Assembly: GCA_038065755.1 (NCBI GenBank)
Contig: JBBTQJ010000015.1
Location: 3,218 to 45,171, forward strand
DNA length: 41,954 nucleotides
Source of the DNA: Patescibacteria group bacterium
GTDB lineage: Bacteria; Patescibacteriota; Minisyncoccia; Minisyncoccales; Staskawiczbacteraceae
Direction of reading: 5' to 3'
Shown: one piece after another, positions 17,248-26,991 of the stretch
Numbering within the stretch: the stretch's first letter is position 1
Layout: each line of letters begins with the position of its first letter
Notes under the pieces: generated by a model
What the model saw: only the letters and a program-made list of their open reading frames with translations
Told to the model about the DNA's origin: nothing
Database searches by the model: none
Made by a program: the position numbers and the translations under genes

Positions 17248-18953
17248 GAAAAAGCGAAAATCCGAAATTAATCGCGGATGTTTTTGAATTTTCAAAGCAA
17301 GCCTATAAAGAAAAATTCCGAGCTTCCGGCGAAAACTATATTGAACACGCCACAAGGGTGGCTTCTATCTTAAGCCGCATGGGGCTTGATGTTGTGACTA
17401 TTGCGGCCGCTTTGTTGCATGATATAGCCGACGATATGCCAATGTCTTCCCAAAAAATCCAGCTTTATGAGATTGAAAAAAAGTTTGGCAAAGAAATTGC
17501 ATATTTGGTGGAAAAAATTTCAGGGCTTCCCAAAATCCGCTATTCTTTAACAATAAATATAAATGAAAAAAAACTCTTTACCAAAGAAAAAATTGAAAAC
17601 TTAAGAAAAATGTTTCTTGCTTTGGCCGAGGATTTAAGGGTGGTATTAATAGAGCTTGTTTCCCGTCTTGACGGATTAAACTCCCTGAGCCACCTGGCAG
17701 AAAACCAGCAAAAACTATATGCCCTAGAAACATTAGAAATTTTTGTGCCCGTAGCCAACAGATTAGGATTGGCAGAAATCAGAAGAAGGCTTGAAGATTT
17801 GTCTTTTTATTATTTGTTCCCGGAAAAATTTAAATGGATAGAAATAAATATCAAAGAACCTTTTGAAAAAAGAGAAATATATCTTAAAAAATTCATACCC
17901 CGTTTAAAAAAAATATTAAAATCTGAAAGAATAAAATTTTTAGACATAAATTGGAGAGCAAAGTCATATTGGAGCACCTATCAAAAACTCATAAAGAAAG
18001 ATATGAATTTTGAAAAAATCCATGATTTATTGGCTTTAAGAATAATAGTCAAAGACATTCAAGACTGTTATAGGGTTCTGGGGGTAATACATAAATATTA
18101 CCAGCCCATTTCAGAAGAAATTAACGATTATATAGCTAAACCCAAGGTTAATGGATACAGGTCTTTGCATACTACGATTTTCAGCGATAAAGAAAAAACA
18201 ACTGAAATCCAAATCAGGACAGATCAAATGCACAAAGAGGCGGAATACGGCGTCTGCGCGCATTGGTCATATAAAGAAAAAATTGATATAGAAAGAGAAA
18301 AAGATAAATTTGTCTGGACAAAAAAAATCCCCGAATTCTGGAAAACGTTTAAAATTGATTTCTTTTCAAAGCAGGTTTTCACTTTTACTCCAAAGGGAGA
18401 TGTGGTTGTTTTGCCAAAAGGGGCCACTCCCATTGATTTTGCCTATGCAATCCACTCAGAAATTGGAAACCGTTGCGAATTATCAAAAATAGGAGAAAAA
18501 ATCGTGCCTCTTTCTCATTGCTTGGAAAACGGAGATATTGTAAAAATTATAACAAACAAAAAGAAAAAACCCTCTCCAGACTGGTTAAGATTTGTTAAAA
18601 CAAACATGGCCAGGTCGCACATTAAAAAAGAAACCGAGAGGGAAGAGCCTTTGTTTAATTTTCCTATTCCTGTTTTTATAAAAAAGAAAATACTTGAAAT
18701 TTCAGAAAAGGTTAAAAAGAAAAAAAGCGAGAAGGAACTGATAAAAAAAGAAGGCCCGAAGCAAATTTATTTAGCCGGCCAAAAAGGCATGCTAATTACA
18801 AAAGCAAAGTGTTGCAATCCAGGTCCAGAAGATAAAGTAAGGGCATATATTACAAAACATAGGTCTGCTGTTTTGCACAGAACAGCCTGCGAAAACTTTA
18901 AAAAATTGGCAGAAAATTCGCCAGACAGGGTAATTAACGCTTCGTGGGAATAA
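17214..18953 (+). CDS. Long RSH (RelA/SpoT) (p)ppGpp synthetase; degenerate HD domain, no ACT domain
   Basis: RAKSYWS, HDLLALRII, PKVNGYRSLHT, EIQIRT, TGS domain (FTPKGD, TPIDFAYAIHS), AKCCNP zinc finger. Confidence 0.93.
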   Translation: MQTINAIRKIIGKSENPKLIADVFEFSKQAYKEKFRASGENYIEHATRVASILSRMGLDVVTIAAALLHDIADDMPMSSQKIQLYEIEKKFGKEIAYLVEKISGLPKIRYSLTININEKKLFTKEKIENLRKMFLALAEDLRVVLIELVSRLDGLNSLSHLAENQQKLYALETLEIFVPVANRLGLAEIRRRLEDLSFYYLFPEKFKWIEINIKEPFEKREIYLKKFIPRLKKILKSERIKFLDINWRAKSYWSTYQKLIKKDMNFEKIHDLLALRIIVKDIQDCYRVLGVIHKYYQPISEEINDYIAKPKVNGYRSLHTTIFSDKEKTTEIQIRTDQMHKEAEYGVCAHWSYKEKIDIEREKDKFVWTKKIPEFWKTFKIDFFSKQVFTFTPKGDVVVLPKGATPIDFAYAIHSEIGNRCELSKIGEKIVPLSHCLENGDIVKIITNKKKKPSPDWLRFVKTNMARSHIKKETEREEPLFNFPIPVFIKKKILEISEKVKKKKSEKELIKKEGPKQIYLAGQKGMLITKAKCCNPGPEDKVRAYITKHRSAVLHRTACENFKKLAENSPDRVINASWE

Positions 18954-18956
18954 TTT

Positions 18957-20042
18957 ATGAAAAAAAATTCTCTAAAGATTGCCGTTATAGCTCCTCCCCT
19001 TACAACCGTTCCGCCAAAAGGACATGGAGGAACTGAAAGAATTGCTTATGAAATGGCAGAGGGTTTTAAAAAGAGAAACCACAAAGTGGCGCTTTTTGGC
19101 GCAGGATCATGCAAAACCTCAACTAAATTTATCCAAATTTTAAAACAAACAATAGAAGAAAGAAAAAATGATATTGCTTTTACAGAATCATTCAGGCTAT
19201 TAAGAGTAGAAACTATCTATTTGGCAAAAATAATAAAAATAATTTTAAAAAAAGAAAAAAAATTTGATGTTATTTTTAATCATTCAAAAAATAATTATCT
19301 TTTTTTGCCTCTAACTCCTTTTATTAAAATTCCTATTATAAATATTCTCCATCTGCCACTTTTTAAGGAGGCAGAAGAGTTTTATTCTAAATTCAAAAAT
19401 TCTAATATTATAACTGTTTCTAATAGTCAAAGAAAGGGATTTTCTAGAATCAAATATTTGGCCACCGTTTATAACGGTGTCAACGCTGAAAAATTTAAAC
19501 TATCTAAAAAACCAAAAAATTATTTTTTGTTTTTAGGGGTAATGGGGTGTCACAAAAACCCAAAAGACGCAATACTGGCGGCAAAAAAGGCTAATGTCAA
19601 ATTGATTTTAGCGGGCGGAAAAATAAGAGAACCGTATTTTTCAAAAGAAATAAAACCGTTAATTGACGGAAAAAAAATTAATTACATAGGTGAAATTACT
19701 TCAGAAAAAAAGAAAATCAATCTTTTAAAAAATGCCAGGGCTCTTCTTTTTCCAATAAAATGGCCTGAACCTTTTGGGCTGGTAACAATTGAAGCAATGG
19801 CCTGCGGAACCCCGGTGATTGCTTACCCCAATGGAGCTGTGCCTGAAATTGTTGAAAATAAAAAAACTGGTTTCATTGTAAAAAATGTTTTTGAAATGGC
19901 AAAAGCAATAAAAAAAATCGGTGAAATTGATAGAAAAAAATGCAGAAAAAGAGTTGAAAATTTTTTTTCAATAGAAAAAATGATTGATAAATACGAAAAA
20001 ATCGCTTTTAAAATAGTTGAAAAAAACAAGAAAACAAGATAG
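18957..20042 (+). CDS. Glycosyltransferase family 4
   Basis: VPPKGHGGTE, WPEPFGLVTIEAMACGTPVIA. Confidence 0.93.
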   Translation: MKKNSLKIAVIAPPLTTVPPKGHGGTERIAYEMAEGFKKRNHKVALFGAGSCKTSTKFIQILKQTIEERKNDIAFTESFRLLRVETIYLAKIIKIILKKEKKFDVIFNHSKNNYLFLPLTPFIKIPIINILHLPLFKEAEEFYSKFKNSNIITVSNSQRKGFSRIKYLATVYNGVNAEKFKLSKKPKNYFLFLGVMGCHKNPKDAILAAKKANVKLILAGGKIREPYFSKEIKPLIDGKKINYIGEITSEKKKINLLKNARALLFPIKWPEPFGLVTIEAMACGTPVIAYPNGAVPEIVENKKTGFIVKNVFEMAKAIKKIGEIDRKKCRKRVENFFSIEKMIDKYEKIAFKIVEKNKKTR

Positions 20043-20057
20043 AATAAATATAATTAA

Positions 20058-20141
20058 GCCGCGGTGGCGGAATTGGCAGACGCAATGGATTCAAAATCCA
20101 TCGTTCGCAAGGACATGTGGGTTCAACTCCCACCCGCGGCA
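20058..20141 (+). tRNA. tRNA-Leu (CAA), CCA not encoded
   Basis: Acceptor gccgcgg/ccgcggc, D loop ggaattggcagac, anticodon arm atgga-ttCAAaa-tccat, long variable arm, T loop gttcaac. Confidence 0.96.
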
Positions 20142-20145
20142 CAAT

Positions 20146-20180
20146 AAAAAAATTGGGACGTCCGACGTCCCAATTTTTTT
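20146..20180. terminator. Near-perfect palindrome / bidirectional terminator between tRNA-Leu and uppP
   Basis: aaaaaaattgggacgtc-c-gacgtcccaattttttt. Confidence 0.7.
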
Positions 20181-20200
20181 TATATATTGTTCAACATTAT

Positions 20201-20965
20201 TTAAACCAACAACAAAGATATAAATCCCAAAAACAGGCAGTAATAGGCAAATAATGAAAACTTATCGTTGGCCATATATTTGCCTAAAAATTTCAAAGAT
20301 AAAAATCCAAATATCATTGCCGGCAAAAATCCTGCAACAGAAGCCAATAGTTCGTTTTGTGAAACTTCGTTTATATCAAATATTTGTAAAACCATGGCTC
20401 CAAAAATTGCAGGCACTGCCAAAAGAAAAGAAAATTTAAAAGCAGTGTTTCTGTCGGCCCCCATAAATATTGCAGAAGAAATAGTGGCGCCAGACCTTGA
20501 TATGCTGGGCAAAATTGACACTGCCTGAAAAATACCCACAATTAAAGAATCTAACCAATTTAGCTGTTCTATGCTCTTTCCGGTTTTCTTATAAAATTTT
20601 GTTATAAAAATAATTACAGCTGTTATAAAAAACCCGGTGGAAAGCAAAAAAACAGAATTAAACGATTTTTCTATTTGGCTTTTAAACAGCAATCCAAAAG
20701 CCGCCGCCGGCAATGTTCCCAGGGCTAAATAAAAAATTAGTTTTGCGTTTTTTTTTATATTAAAAACAATTTCAAAAATATCTTTTCTAAAATAAAAAAC
20801 CACGGCCAATAATGTGGCTGCGTGCACGGTTGTATCAAAAAAAATCGGGGGCTCTTTCAGGTTAAAAAATTTCTGGAATAAAACCAGGTGTCCGGAGCTG
20901 GATATGGGTAAAAATTCCGTTATACCTTGAATAGCGCCCAAAACTACAGATTGAAAAATATCCAT
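20201..20965 (-). CDS. uppP: Undecaprenyl-diphosphate phosphatase
   Basis: QGITEFLPISSSGH, PSISRSGATI, FSFLLAVP. Confidence 0.96.
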   Translation of the reverse strand: MDIFQSVVLGAIQGITEFLPISSSGHLVLFQKFFNLKEPPIFFDTTVHAATLLAVVFYFRKDIFEIVFNIKKNAKLIFYLALGTLPAAAFGLLFKSQIEKSFNSVFLLSTGFFITAVIIFITKFYKKTGKSIEQLNWLDSLIVGIFQAVSILPSISRSGATISSAIFMGADRNTAFKFSFLLAVPAIFGAMVLQIFDINEVSQNELLASVAGFLPAMIFGFLSLKFLGKYMANDKFSLFAYYCLFLGFISLLLV

Positions 20966-21468
20966 GGCAAAGATGAATATAAATAATAAACCAAAAAAGA
21001 AGAAATAATGCCTGCAATCATTCCGGCTAAAATATCAGACGGCCAGTGAACCCCAACAAAAACCCTGGAAAAAGAAATTAAAAAACTTAAAATGCCGAAA
21101 AAAATTCCAAGGCTCATATTATAAGACGCAACAGCAAAAGATAATCCAAAAAAGAAAGAAGCGTGCCCGGAAGGAAAAGACGGATGTTTTGGTGTTTTAA
21201 TTAAAGTTTCAGCCCCAATGGCATCTGGCGGCCTTTTTCTTTTATAAAATAAATATATTGTTTCGTTTATTAAAAACCTGGAAAAAAGCGCAATTAAAAC
21301 CGGCAGAAAAAAAACAGCTCCGCCGCCCGCCGAATAGACAAAAAAAAGAAAAAAAACAAAAAGCAGATAACTGAGGTGTACCGCAAAAAAAACCATAAAA
21401 AAATCAAAAATTGGCCATTTGCCGGATGTTTTTCTTATTAGATTAAAAATATATAAATCTAAATTCAT
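20944..21468 (-). CDS. PAP2-family phosphatase (BcrC-like)
   Basis: KRKRP, SFPSGHA, SRVFVGVHWPSDIL. Confidence 0.93.
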   Translation of the reverse strand: MNLDLYIFNLIRKTSGKWPIFDFFMVFFAVHLSYLLFVFFLFFVYSAGGGAVFFLPVLIALFSRFLINETIYLFYKRKRPPDAIGAETLIKTPKHPSFPSGHASFFFGLSFAVASYNMSLGIFFGILSFLISFSRVFVGVHWPSDILAGMIAGIISSFLVYYLYSSLPWIFFNL

Positions 21469-21476
21469 AATTTTGT

Positions 21477-22709
21477 TTAACTGGGCAAGGGAAACTTTTT
21501 ACAAAGCCTGATTACGTCTTTGCGCAGTTTTATAAGCGTTTTTTTGTCATTATGATTTTCTATTGCTGAATTAATCCAATTGGCAATTATTTTTATTTCT
21601 TTTTCTTTCATTCCCCTTGTTGTTATTGCCGGAACTCCTATGCGGACACCGCTTGGATCCATTGGCTTTCTTGGATCGTCGGGTATCATATTTTTATTTA
21701 TAGTAATGCCAATTTCGTCTAAGGCTTTTTCCGCGTTTTTGCCCGTAATTCCTTTGCTGGAAAAAACATCAACCAAAACCATATGGTTATCAGTGCCGCC
21801 GAACATTAGTTTAAACCCGTATTTTTTAAGCTCTTGTTCTAAAACTTTAGCGTTTTTTATAACTTGCTTTGTGTAAATTCTAAATGAAGGTTTCAATGCC
21901 TCACCCAAGGCCACCGCCAACGCAGCAATATTATTCATATGCGGCCCGCCTTGAAATCCCGGAAAAACAGCTTTGTCTATTGCCTCTGCAAACTGCTGTC
22001 TGCACATTATCATTCCTCCTCTCGGACCACGCAAAGTTTTATGCGTCGTAGTTGTAATAATATCAAAAAACGGGACAGGATTTGGCACGGCCTTACCTGC
22101 CACAAGCCCCGCTATGTGGGCTATATCAAACATTGTTATGGCTCCGACTTTTTCTGCGATGTCTCTAAATTTTTCATAATCTATTTGTCGCGTATAAGCA
22201 GAAAAACCGGCTAAAATAAGCTTTGGCCTTTCTTGAACCGCCATTTTTTCTAATTCGTCATAATCAATTTTTCCTGAAGCGCCTGTTTTATATCTTACAA
22301 ATCTATAAATTTTAGCTGATGATGTTACGGGGTGGCCGTGGGTTAAATGTCCTCCATGAGATAAATCCATCCCCAAAACTTTGTCTCCGGGTTTTAAAAC
22401 AGCGCTGTAAACTATCATATTTGCGGGAGCCCCGGAAAGCGGCTGAACATTAATATGTTCTGCCCCAAAAATCTTTTTTGCCCTTTCAATAGCCAAACTT
22501 TCAACAACGTCAGTGTAAGTTTGCCCGCCATAATAACGCCTGCCGGGATACCCTTCGGAATATTTATTTGTAAAAACAGAACCCAACGCCTCTAAAACAG
22601 CCTGAGAAACATAGTTTTCTGAAGCAATAAGCTCCATTCCTTTCTGCTGGCGTTTTAGCTCGCCCAATATGGCTTTATAAATTTCAGGATCCTTTTTTTT
22701 TAATTCCAT
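21477..22709 (-). CDS. glyA: Serine hydroxymethyltransferase
   Basis: ELIASEN, NKYSEGYPGRRYYGG, GGHLTHG, TTTHKTLRGPRGG. Confidence 0.98.
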   Translation of the reverse strand: MELKKKDPEIYKAILGELKRQQKGMELIASENYVSQAVLEALGSVFTNKYSEGYPGRRYYGGQTYTDVVESLAIERAKKIFGAEHINVQPLSGAPANMIVYSAVLKPGDKVLGMDLSHGGHLTHGHPVTSSAKIYRFVRYKTGASGKIDYDELEKMAVQERPKLILAGFSAYTRQIDYEKFRDIAEKVGAITMFDIAHIAGLVAGKAVPNPVPFFDIITTTTHKTLRGPRGGMIMCRQQFAEAIDKAVFPGFQGGPHMNNIAALAVALGEALKPSFRIYTKQVIKNAKVLEQELKKYGFKLMFGGTDNHMVLVDVFSSKGITGKNAEKALDEIGITINKNMIPDDPRKPMDPSGVRIGVPAITTRGMKEKEIKIIANWINSAIENHNDKKTLIKLRKDVIRLCKKFPLPS

Positions 22710-22721
22710 AATTTTACTTTT

Positions 22722-22994
22722 TTATTTTTTGTAAATATCGTGAGTGTCTATGTCGTAATAGATAACTTCGCTATTTTTTAAAAACTGAAAAAGAACCCTG
22801 TAATTTTTAGTAATATAAAAAGCCCAAAAATTAGAAAGGGATCCTTTTAGTTTATGAGTATTCAAACTTGGGTGGAGAAAGTTACTTTCAAAAAGTAAAA
22901 TTTTTCTAAATGCAATTTTCTTAATATCTTTTGAAAGTCTATTAAATTTACTTTCAAAGTAGGGAGTAGTATGTGACTTAAAAATCTTGGGCAT
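22722..22994 (-). CDS. RelE/YafQ-family mRNA interferase toxin
   Basis: HPSLNTHKLKG, WAFYI..NYRVLF, DIDTHDIY. Confidence 0.85.
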   Translation of the reverse strand: MPKIFKSHTTPYFESKFNRLSKDIKKIAFRKILLFESNFLHPSLNTHKLKGSLSNFWAFYITKNYRVLFQFLKNSEVIYYDIDTHDIYKK

Positions 22995-23193
22995 ATTTGT
23001 CTTTTATAAAATCTTTAAAAGACCTCGTTTTTCCCTTTCTTAGTGATAGTTCCCCAGATAAAATTGCCTTTATCGCCCCCCTAAGCTCTAATTTTTCTTT
23101 CTCCATTTTTTGCCATTTTTTCAAAGGTAAAACCACCACGCCATTTTTTTCGTCTACCGCTGTTTTCGATAAAATTATATTTCTATTAGCCAT
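22978..23193 (-). CDS. Putative cognate antitoxin
   Basis: 71 aa, overlaps the toxin start; GVVVLPLKKW...GE...RKGKTRSF pattern typical of RelB/Phd-like partners. Confidence 0.7.
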   Translation of the reverse strand: MANRNIILSKTAVDEKNGVVVLPLKKWQKMEKEKLELRGAIKAILSGELSLRKGKTRSFKDFIKDKYAQDF

Positions 23194-23263
23194 ATTTTTA
23201 ATCTAAATTATTTTTTAATATTATCATTTTATAACTTTAATTACAACTCCAATATATGTCCTG

Positions 23264-23878
23264 TCAATATCTTAATATTTTTTCTCTTCTTCTTGTTAAA
23301 TCAATGATTTTTGAGGGTTTTGATTTTAGCAAGTTGCCTCCGTCAATTATTAGGTCTGGTTTATTTTTTTGTTTTTTAAACAACGCAATAATTTCTTTTA
23401 CACTTTTCATTTCAGGCATACCCGAGATATTTACTGATGTTTGCGATAAGGGTTTGTTTATTTTTTTTAATAAATCCTGAATGAATTTGTGTTTTGGAAT
23501 TCTTATAGCGATTGTCTTTTTGTTCATGACTAATAGGGTCAGACGAGGGTCAGACCCTGACCTGACCCCGAGTACAAAAGTAAATTTACCGGGCCAGTGT
23601 TTTTTTAAAATTTTTTCTTGCCTTTTATCAATTTCTGCAATTTCTTTTGCTGTTTTTATATCTTTTACAAAAATAGCCAAAGGTTTTGTCTTTGGCCTTT
23701 TTTTTATTTTAAAAATTTTTTCAACGGCTTTTTTATTGCTTGCGTCCGCTAAAAATCCATAAACCGTATCAGTTGGACAAGTTATCACCCCTCCCTTCTT
23801 AATTGTTTCCGTTGCAATCTTTAATAAATTTTTATCTTTAATATTGCTAACTTTAAATTTTAAATTTTCATTTTGCAT
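23264..23878 (-). CDS. tsaC: L-threonylcarbamoyladenylate synthase (Sua5/YrdC/TsaC)
   Basis: PTDTVYG, KKRP..KPL, WPGKFT, AIRIP, TSVNISG. Confidence 0.93.
   Translation of the reverse strand: MQNENLKFKVSNIKDKNLLKIATETIKKGGVITCPTDTVYGFLADASNKKAVEKIFKIKKRPKTKPLAIFVKDIKTAKEIAEIDKRQEKILKKHWPGKFTFVLGVRSGSDPRLTLLVMNKKTIAIRIPKHKFIQDLLKKINKPLSQTSVNISGMPEMKSVKEIIALFKKQKNKPDLIIDGGNLLKSKPSKIIDLTRRREKILRY
23536..23568. repeat. Nested GGGTCAG/CTGACCC palindrome in frame within tsaC
   Basis: gggtcag-acg-agggtc-a-gaccct-gac-ctgaccc, encoding GVRSGSDPRLTL. Confidence 0.75.
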
Positions 23879-23879
23879 T

Positions 23880-24659
23880 TTACATTTTAATTTTTAAATT
23901 TTTGTTATAACCTCCGTTTTTTAAAAAATTAGAAAATTTTAAAACATCTCCCGGGTTGCCAAAGTCAATCCAGCAGTCTTTTATTATTTTAATTTTAACT
24001 TTTTTATTTTTTGCCAAAAGAGAAATGGCGTCTGTAATTTCATATTCTCCGCGCGGAGATTTTTTAATTTTAGATATTTTTTTAAAAATATCTGGCGTAA
24101 ACTTATATAATCCGGCGTTAATTAGGTTGCTTATATATTCTTTTGGTTTTTCTATTATTTCTTTTAATAATCCGTTGTTAGGAACAAGCACCCCGTATTT
24201 TTCGGGATTCTGATGTAAAAGTCCGGCGGCATAGTTATAGTTATCTCTAATATTCATTGCCTTTAAGTCTCTTATTGAATAAAGGTTGTCGCCGTAAAGA
24301 TATATAAAATTTGATTTGCCAATTATATTTTTAACGCATTTTATAGGGCAGGCAGTGCCATATTCTTTTTCTTTGGGGCCTAAAAATTCATACTGGCTGA
24401 CAAAGCTTATTTTGCGCTTCTTGCCCGCCTCTGCAGGCAGATTTTTGAGGCAGCAGCTATAATCATCTAAAAATTCTTTCATTAAGTCCTCTTTATATCC
24501 CACCACCAAAATAATCTCTTTATATCCGGCGGCCAATAAATTATCTAAAACATACGCTAAAAACGGCCTGTCTTTAACATTAATAAGGTGCTTTGGCTTA
24601 TTATTAGACAAATGAAGCATACGAGTCCCTTGCCCCGCCGCCGCTATTACAACCTTCAT
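23880..24659 (-). CDS. Sugar-phosphate nucleotidyltransferase (RmlA/GlmU-like)
   Basis: AAGQGTRM...KPKHL, YGDNL, YGVL, EKP, INAGLY, SPRGEYEITD. Confidence 0.9.
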   Translation of the reverse strand: MKVVIAAAGQGTRMLHLSNNKPKHLINVKDRPFLAYVLDNLLAAGYKEIILVVGYKEDLMKEFLDDYSCCLKNLPAEAGKKRKISFVSQYEFLGPKEKEYGTACPIKCVKNIIGKSNFIYLYGDNLYSIRDLKAMNIRDNYNYAAGLLHQNPEKYGVLVPNNGLLKEIIEKPKEYISNLINAGLYKFTPDIFKKISKIKKSPRGEYEITDAISLLAKNKKVKIKIIKDCWIDFGNPGDVLKFSNFLKNGGYNKNLKIKM

Positions 24660-25228
24660 ATATTTTTTGCCAAATTAAATGCCTTTTTATTTAATTCTAA
24701 GTACTTTTGAGGAATTATTTTTTCTATGGCTTTTTCAACTGATTCCGGCCTTAACGGAATAATTTTTTTAAAAACGCAAAACCCTAAAAGATACAAAGAG
24801 CTTACGACTTCGTTATTGAGCTCTTTTTTGCAATTTTCTGAAGCTGGAACCAAATAGAGATTTTTTTTAACTGCGCTTTTTAAATTTTCCAAAACATATT
24901 CTTTGGAAATTTTCTTGTCAAAAAAAACAAAATTTTCATTGACAACAAATTTTGTTTCCTTGTTTTTATGGGCAATTGCCCTTAATGCTTCTGTTGTTTC
25001 TAAAGAAAAAACTAAATCTGCTTTACCAAAAGAAAACAGCGGGCTGTGCGCTTTTTTGCCAAACCTAATATAGGCCTCAACCGCTCCTCCTCTTTGCGAA
25101 AGCCCGTGAAGCTCTGAAGACCTTACATCATACCCTTCAACAAAAGCGGCTTCGTTAATTATTGAAATTAAAGTAATTATCCCCTGTCCACCCACGCCCG
25201 TTATGACAATATTAAAATTATTTTGCAT
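24656..25228 (-). CDS. iorB: Indolepyruvate:ferredoxin oxidoreductase beta subunit
   Basis: GVGGQGII, SELHGLSQRGGAV, ELNKKAF. Confidence 0.9.
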   Translation of the reverse strand: MQNNFNIVITGVGGQGIITLISIINEAAFVEGYDVRSSELHGLSQRGGAVEAYIRFGKKAHSPLFSFGKADLVFSLETTEALRAIAHKNKETKFVVNENFVFFDKKISKEYVLENLKSAVKKNLYLVPASENCKKELNNEVVSSLYLLGFCVFKKIIPLRPESVEKAIEKIIPQKYLELNKKAFNLAKNI

Positions 25229-25261
25229 AAAAATATTTTAAAAAATTATTAAATTTTAAGA

Positions 25262-25768
25262 CTAAATTTGGTAAAGATAAATTGGCAAACTGCCCTGCTT
25301 TCTGTCTATTGCTACCGGTTTCCATCCTTCCATTGGCCAAGCATAAATAGCTATTTTAGCTCCTTTTTTTAATTCTTTTTCAAATTTTTTCTTTAATTTT
25401 GGATAAACGCTCTGCATCAAAAAAACATAAATTAAATCGGCATCGTTCAAATTCACATTCCAAAAATCTTTAAATTTTACAACTGCCCTGCTCTTGCAAA
25501 AAAATATTTTAACATTTGTCAGAAAATAATTAAAAACGGAAATTTCTAAGCCGGTAGCCTTTGCCCCTTTACTCGCCATAGCAATTATCAATCTGCCGTC
25601 GCCACAGCCTAAATCATAAAATTTTATATCTTGTTTTATTTCTAATAATTTTAAAAATCTATCAACATCATTTTTTTTGGTTGGGACCCATGGAGCTGCT
25701 CTCCATGAGGCATAAGCTGCAGAAAAAAATAAAATGATAAAAAATAAATATAAAATATCAATAATCAT
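25262..25768 (-). CDS. Membrane-anchored class I SAM-dependent methyltransferase
   Basis: N-terminal TM helix, APWVPT, YDLGCGDGR, ELKKGA. Confidence 0.88.
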   Translation of the reverse strand: MIIDILYLFFIILFFSAAYASWRAAPWVPTKKNDVDRFLKLLEIKQDIKFYDLGCGDGRLIIAMASKGAKATGLEISVFNYFLTNVKIFFCKSRAVVKFKDFWNVNLNDADLIYVFLMQSVYPKLKKKFEKELKKGAKIAIYAWPMEGWKPVAIDRKQGSLPIYLYQI

Positions 25769-25824
25769 AAAAAATTATTTTTTGCAATAAAATTTTATTT
25801 AATCGGCTGTTTATTTTTGTAAAT

Positions 25825-26973
25825 TTAAACACTATCCTGTATAATCCTTTTAATTTCATACAATTCGAGCGGGACAAATTTTACGTTCTTTATTCCTTTA
25901 TCAGTAAACCATTTTTGCGTTTTCTCAATTTGATTCTGCGGCACCCGAACTTCTTTTATATCCTTTCCTGTAAATTTGTCCCAATACATATCTTCAAATG
26001 GAATGTGCGTTGGTTTTTCTCCTCTTGAAAACGTTGTTAAATGCGGTTCTTTCCCTGCCCCTTCAAAAGTGATAAAACATGGAAAGGGATGATCAAGTTC
26101 TTGCTCTAATTCATCCCTTAACTCTTTGTTTGGTACATTTGGCAAAAATTCTTTTTTAATTTTATCTCTTTGATTTACATCTTCTCTTTTGTTAAATCTT
26201 TCAATAAAATCCCTTCTTCTTTCCTCTATCTGTTCATCTGTAATTTCTTCTGGTTTTACTCCGTCTCTTTTTGCCGACATTTCTCTGATTTCATCTTTGC
26301 TTAAAGACGCAAATAATTCTTTAACAAAAACTTGTGGCAAAAATTCCCCTGTTATTTTTTCAGAATCAACAGATAAATATCCGGCAAGCTCGCTTTTTTT
26401 AGCACTTGCTCTTGCAAAAATTTGTTGAAAAACTTCTGCATAATGATAATCTGGGTGGCTAACCGAAAGCCCTTTTTGAGTTTCTCTTCCTTCTTGGTAA
26501 TCTATACTGGTTTCGCCTGTATATTTTCCATATCCGCCAGCAAATCCTTCTTCTAATCCATTTCTTAAAGAAAACGAACTTGTAGAGTGCCATAAAGGAA
26601 TTTTTACATCAGACAACTCGGAATAATATTCAAGTGTTTGTCTAAATAATTCTAATCTTTGTAATTTTGAAATTTCTAATCCGTCTGCATTAAGTAATAT
26701 TTCTAAAGCTTTGCCTAATATTTTTGCGTCAACCTGTTCTGGATTTTGCGGCAAAACAGCTTTTCTAAATTCTGTATTATCGGCGCATTGCAAAATAACT
26801 CTTTCAACCTCTAAATACTTTGGATCTTCATTCTTAATTTCTGCTCCTTTCTCGTCTCTATATTCTCTTCGTCCGCTAAAATCTAAAGCTTCGCTATCTT
26901 GCTCTTCAATATTTTTTTCTGTCTCATTTTTTTCCTCTATAAATTCTTCTTCAAATTTTGGTTCGCCTTCCAT
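25825..26973 (-). CDS. Hypothetical acidic protein, possible ADP-ribosyltransferase-like fold
   Basis: 382-aa ORF; LWHSTS..SL...LEEGF, GLSVS and a late E..(x)n..IKEVRVP pattern; the fold is inferred. Confidence 0.75.
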   Translation of the reverse strand: MEGEPKFEEEFIEEKNETEKNIEEQDSEALDFSGRREYRDEKGAEIKNEDPKYLEVERVILQCADNTEFRKAVLPQNPEQVDAKILGKALEILLNADGLEISKLQRLELFRQTLEYYSELSDVKIPLWHSTSSFSLRNGLEEGFAGGYGKYTGETSIDYQEGRETQKGLSVSHPDYHYAEVFQQIFARASAKKSELAGYLSVDSEKITGEFLPQVFVKELFASLSKDEIREMSAKRDGVKPEEITDEQIEERRRDFIERFNKREDVNQRDKIKKEFLPNVPNKELRDELEQELDHPFPCFITFEGAGKEPHLTTFSRGEKPTHIPFEDMYWDKFTGKDIKEVRVPQNQIEKTQKWFTDKGIKNVKFVPLELYEIKRIIQDSV

Positions 26974-26991
26974 TTTGTTTATTTTATTATA

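Noticed and set aside
20017-20223. 68-aa ORF
   Set aside because: Overlaps tRNA-Leu and its terminator.
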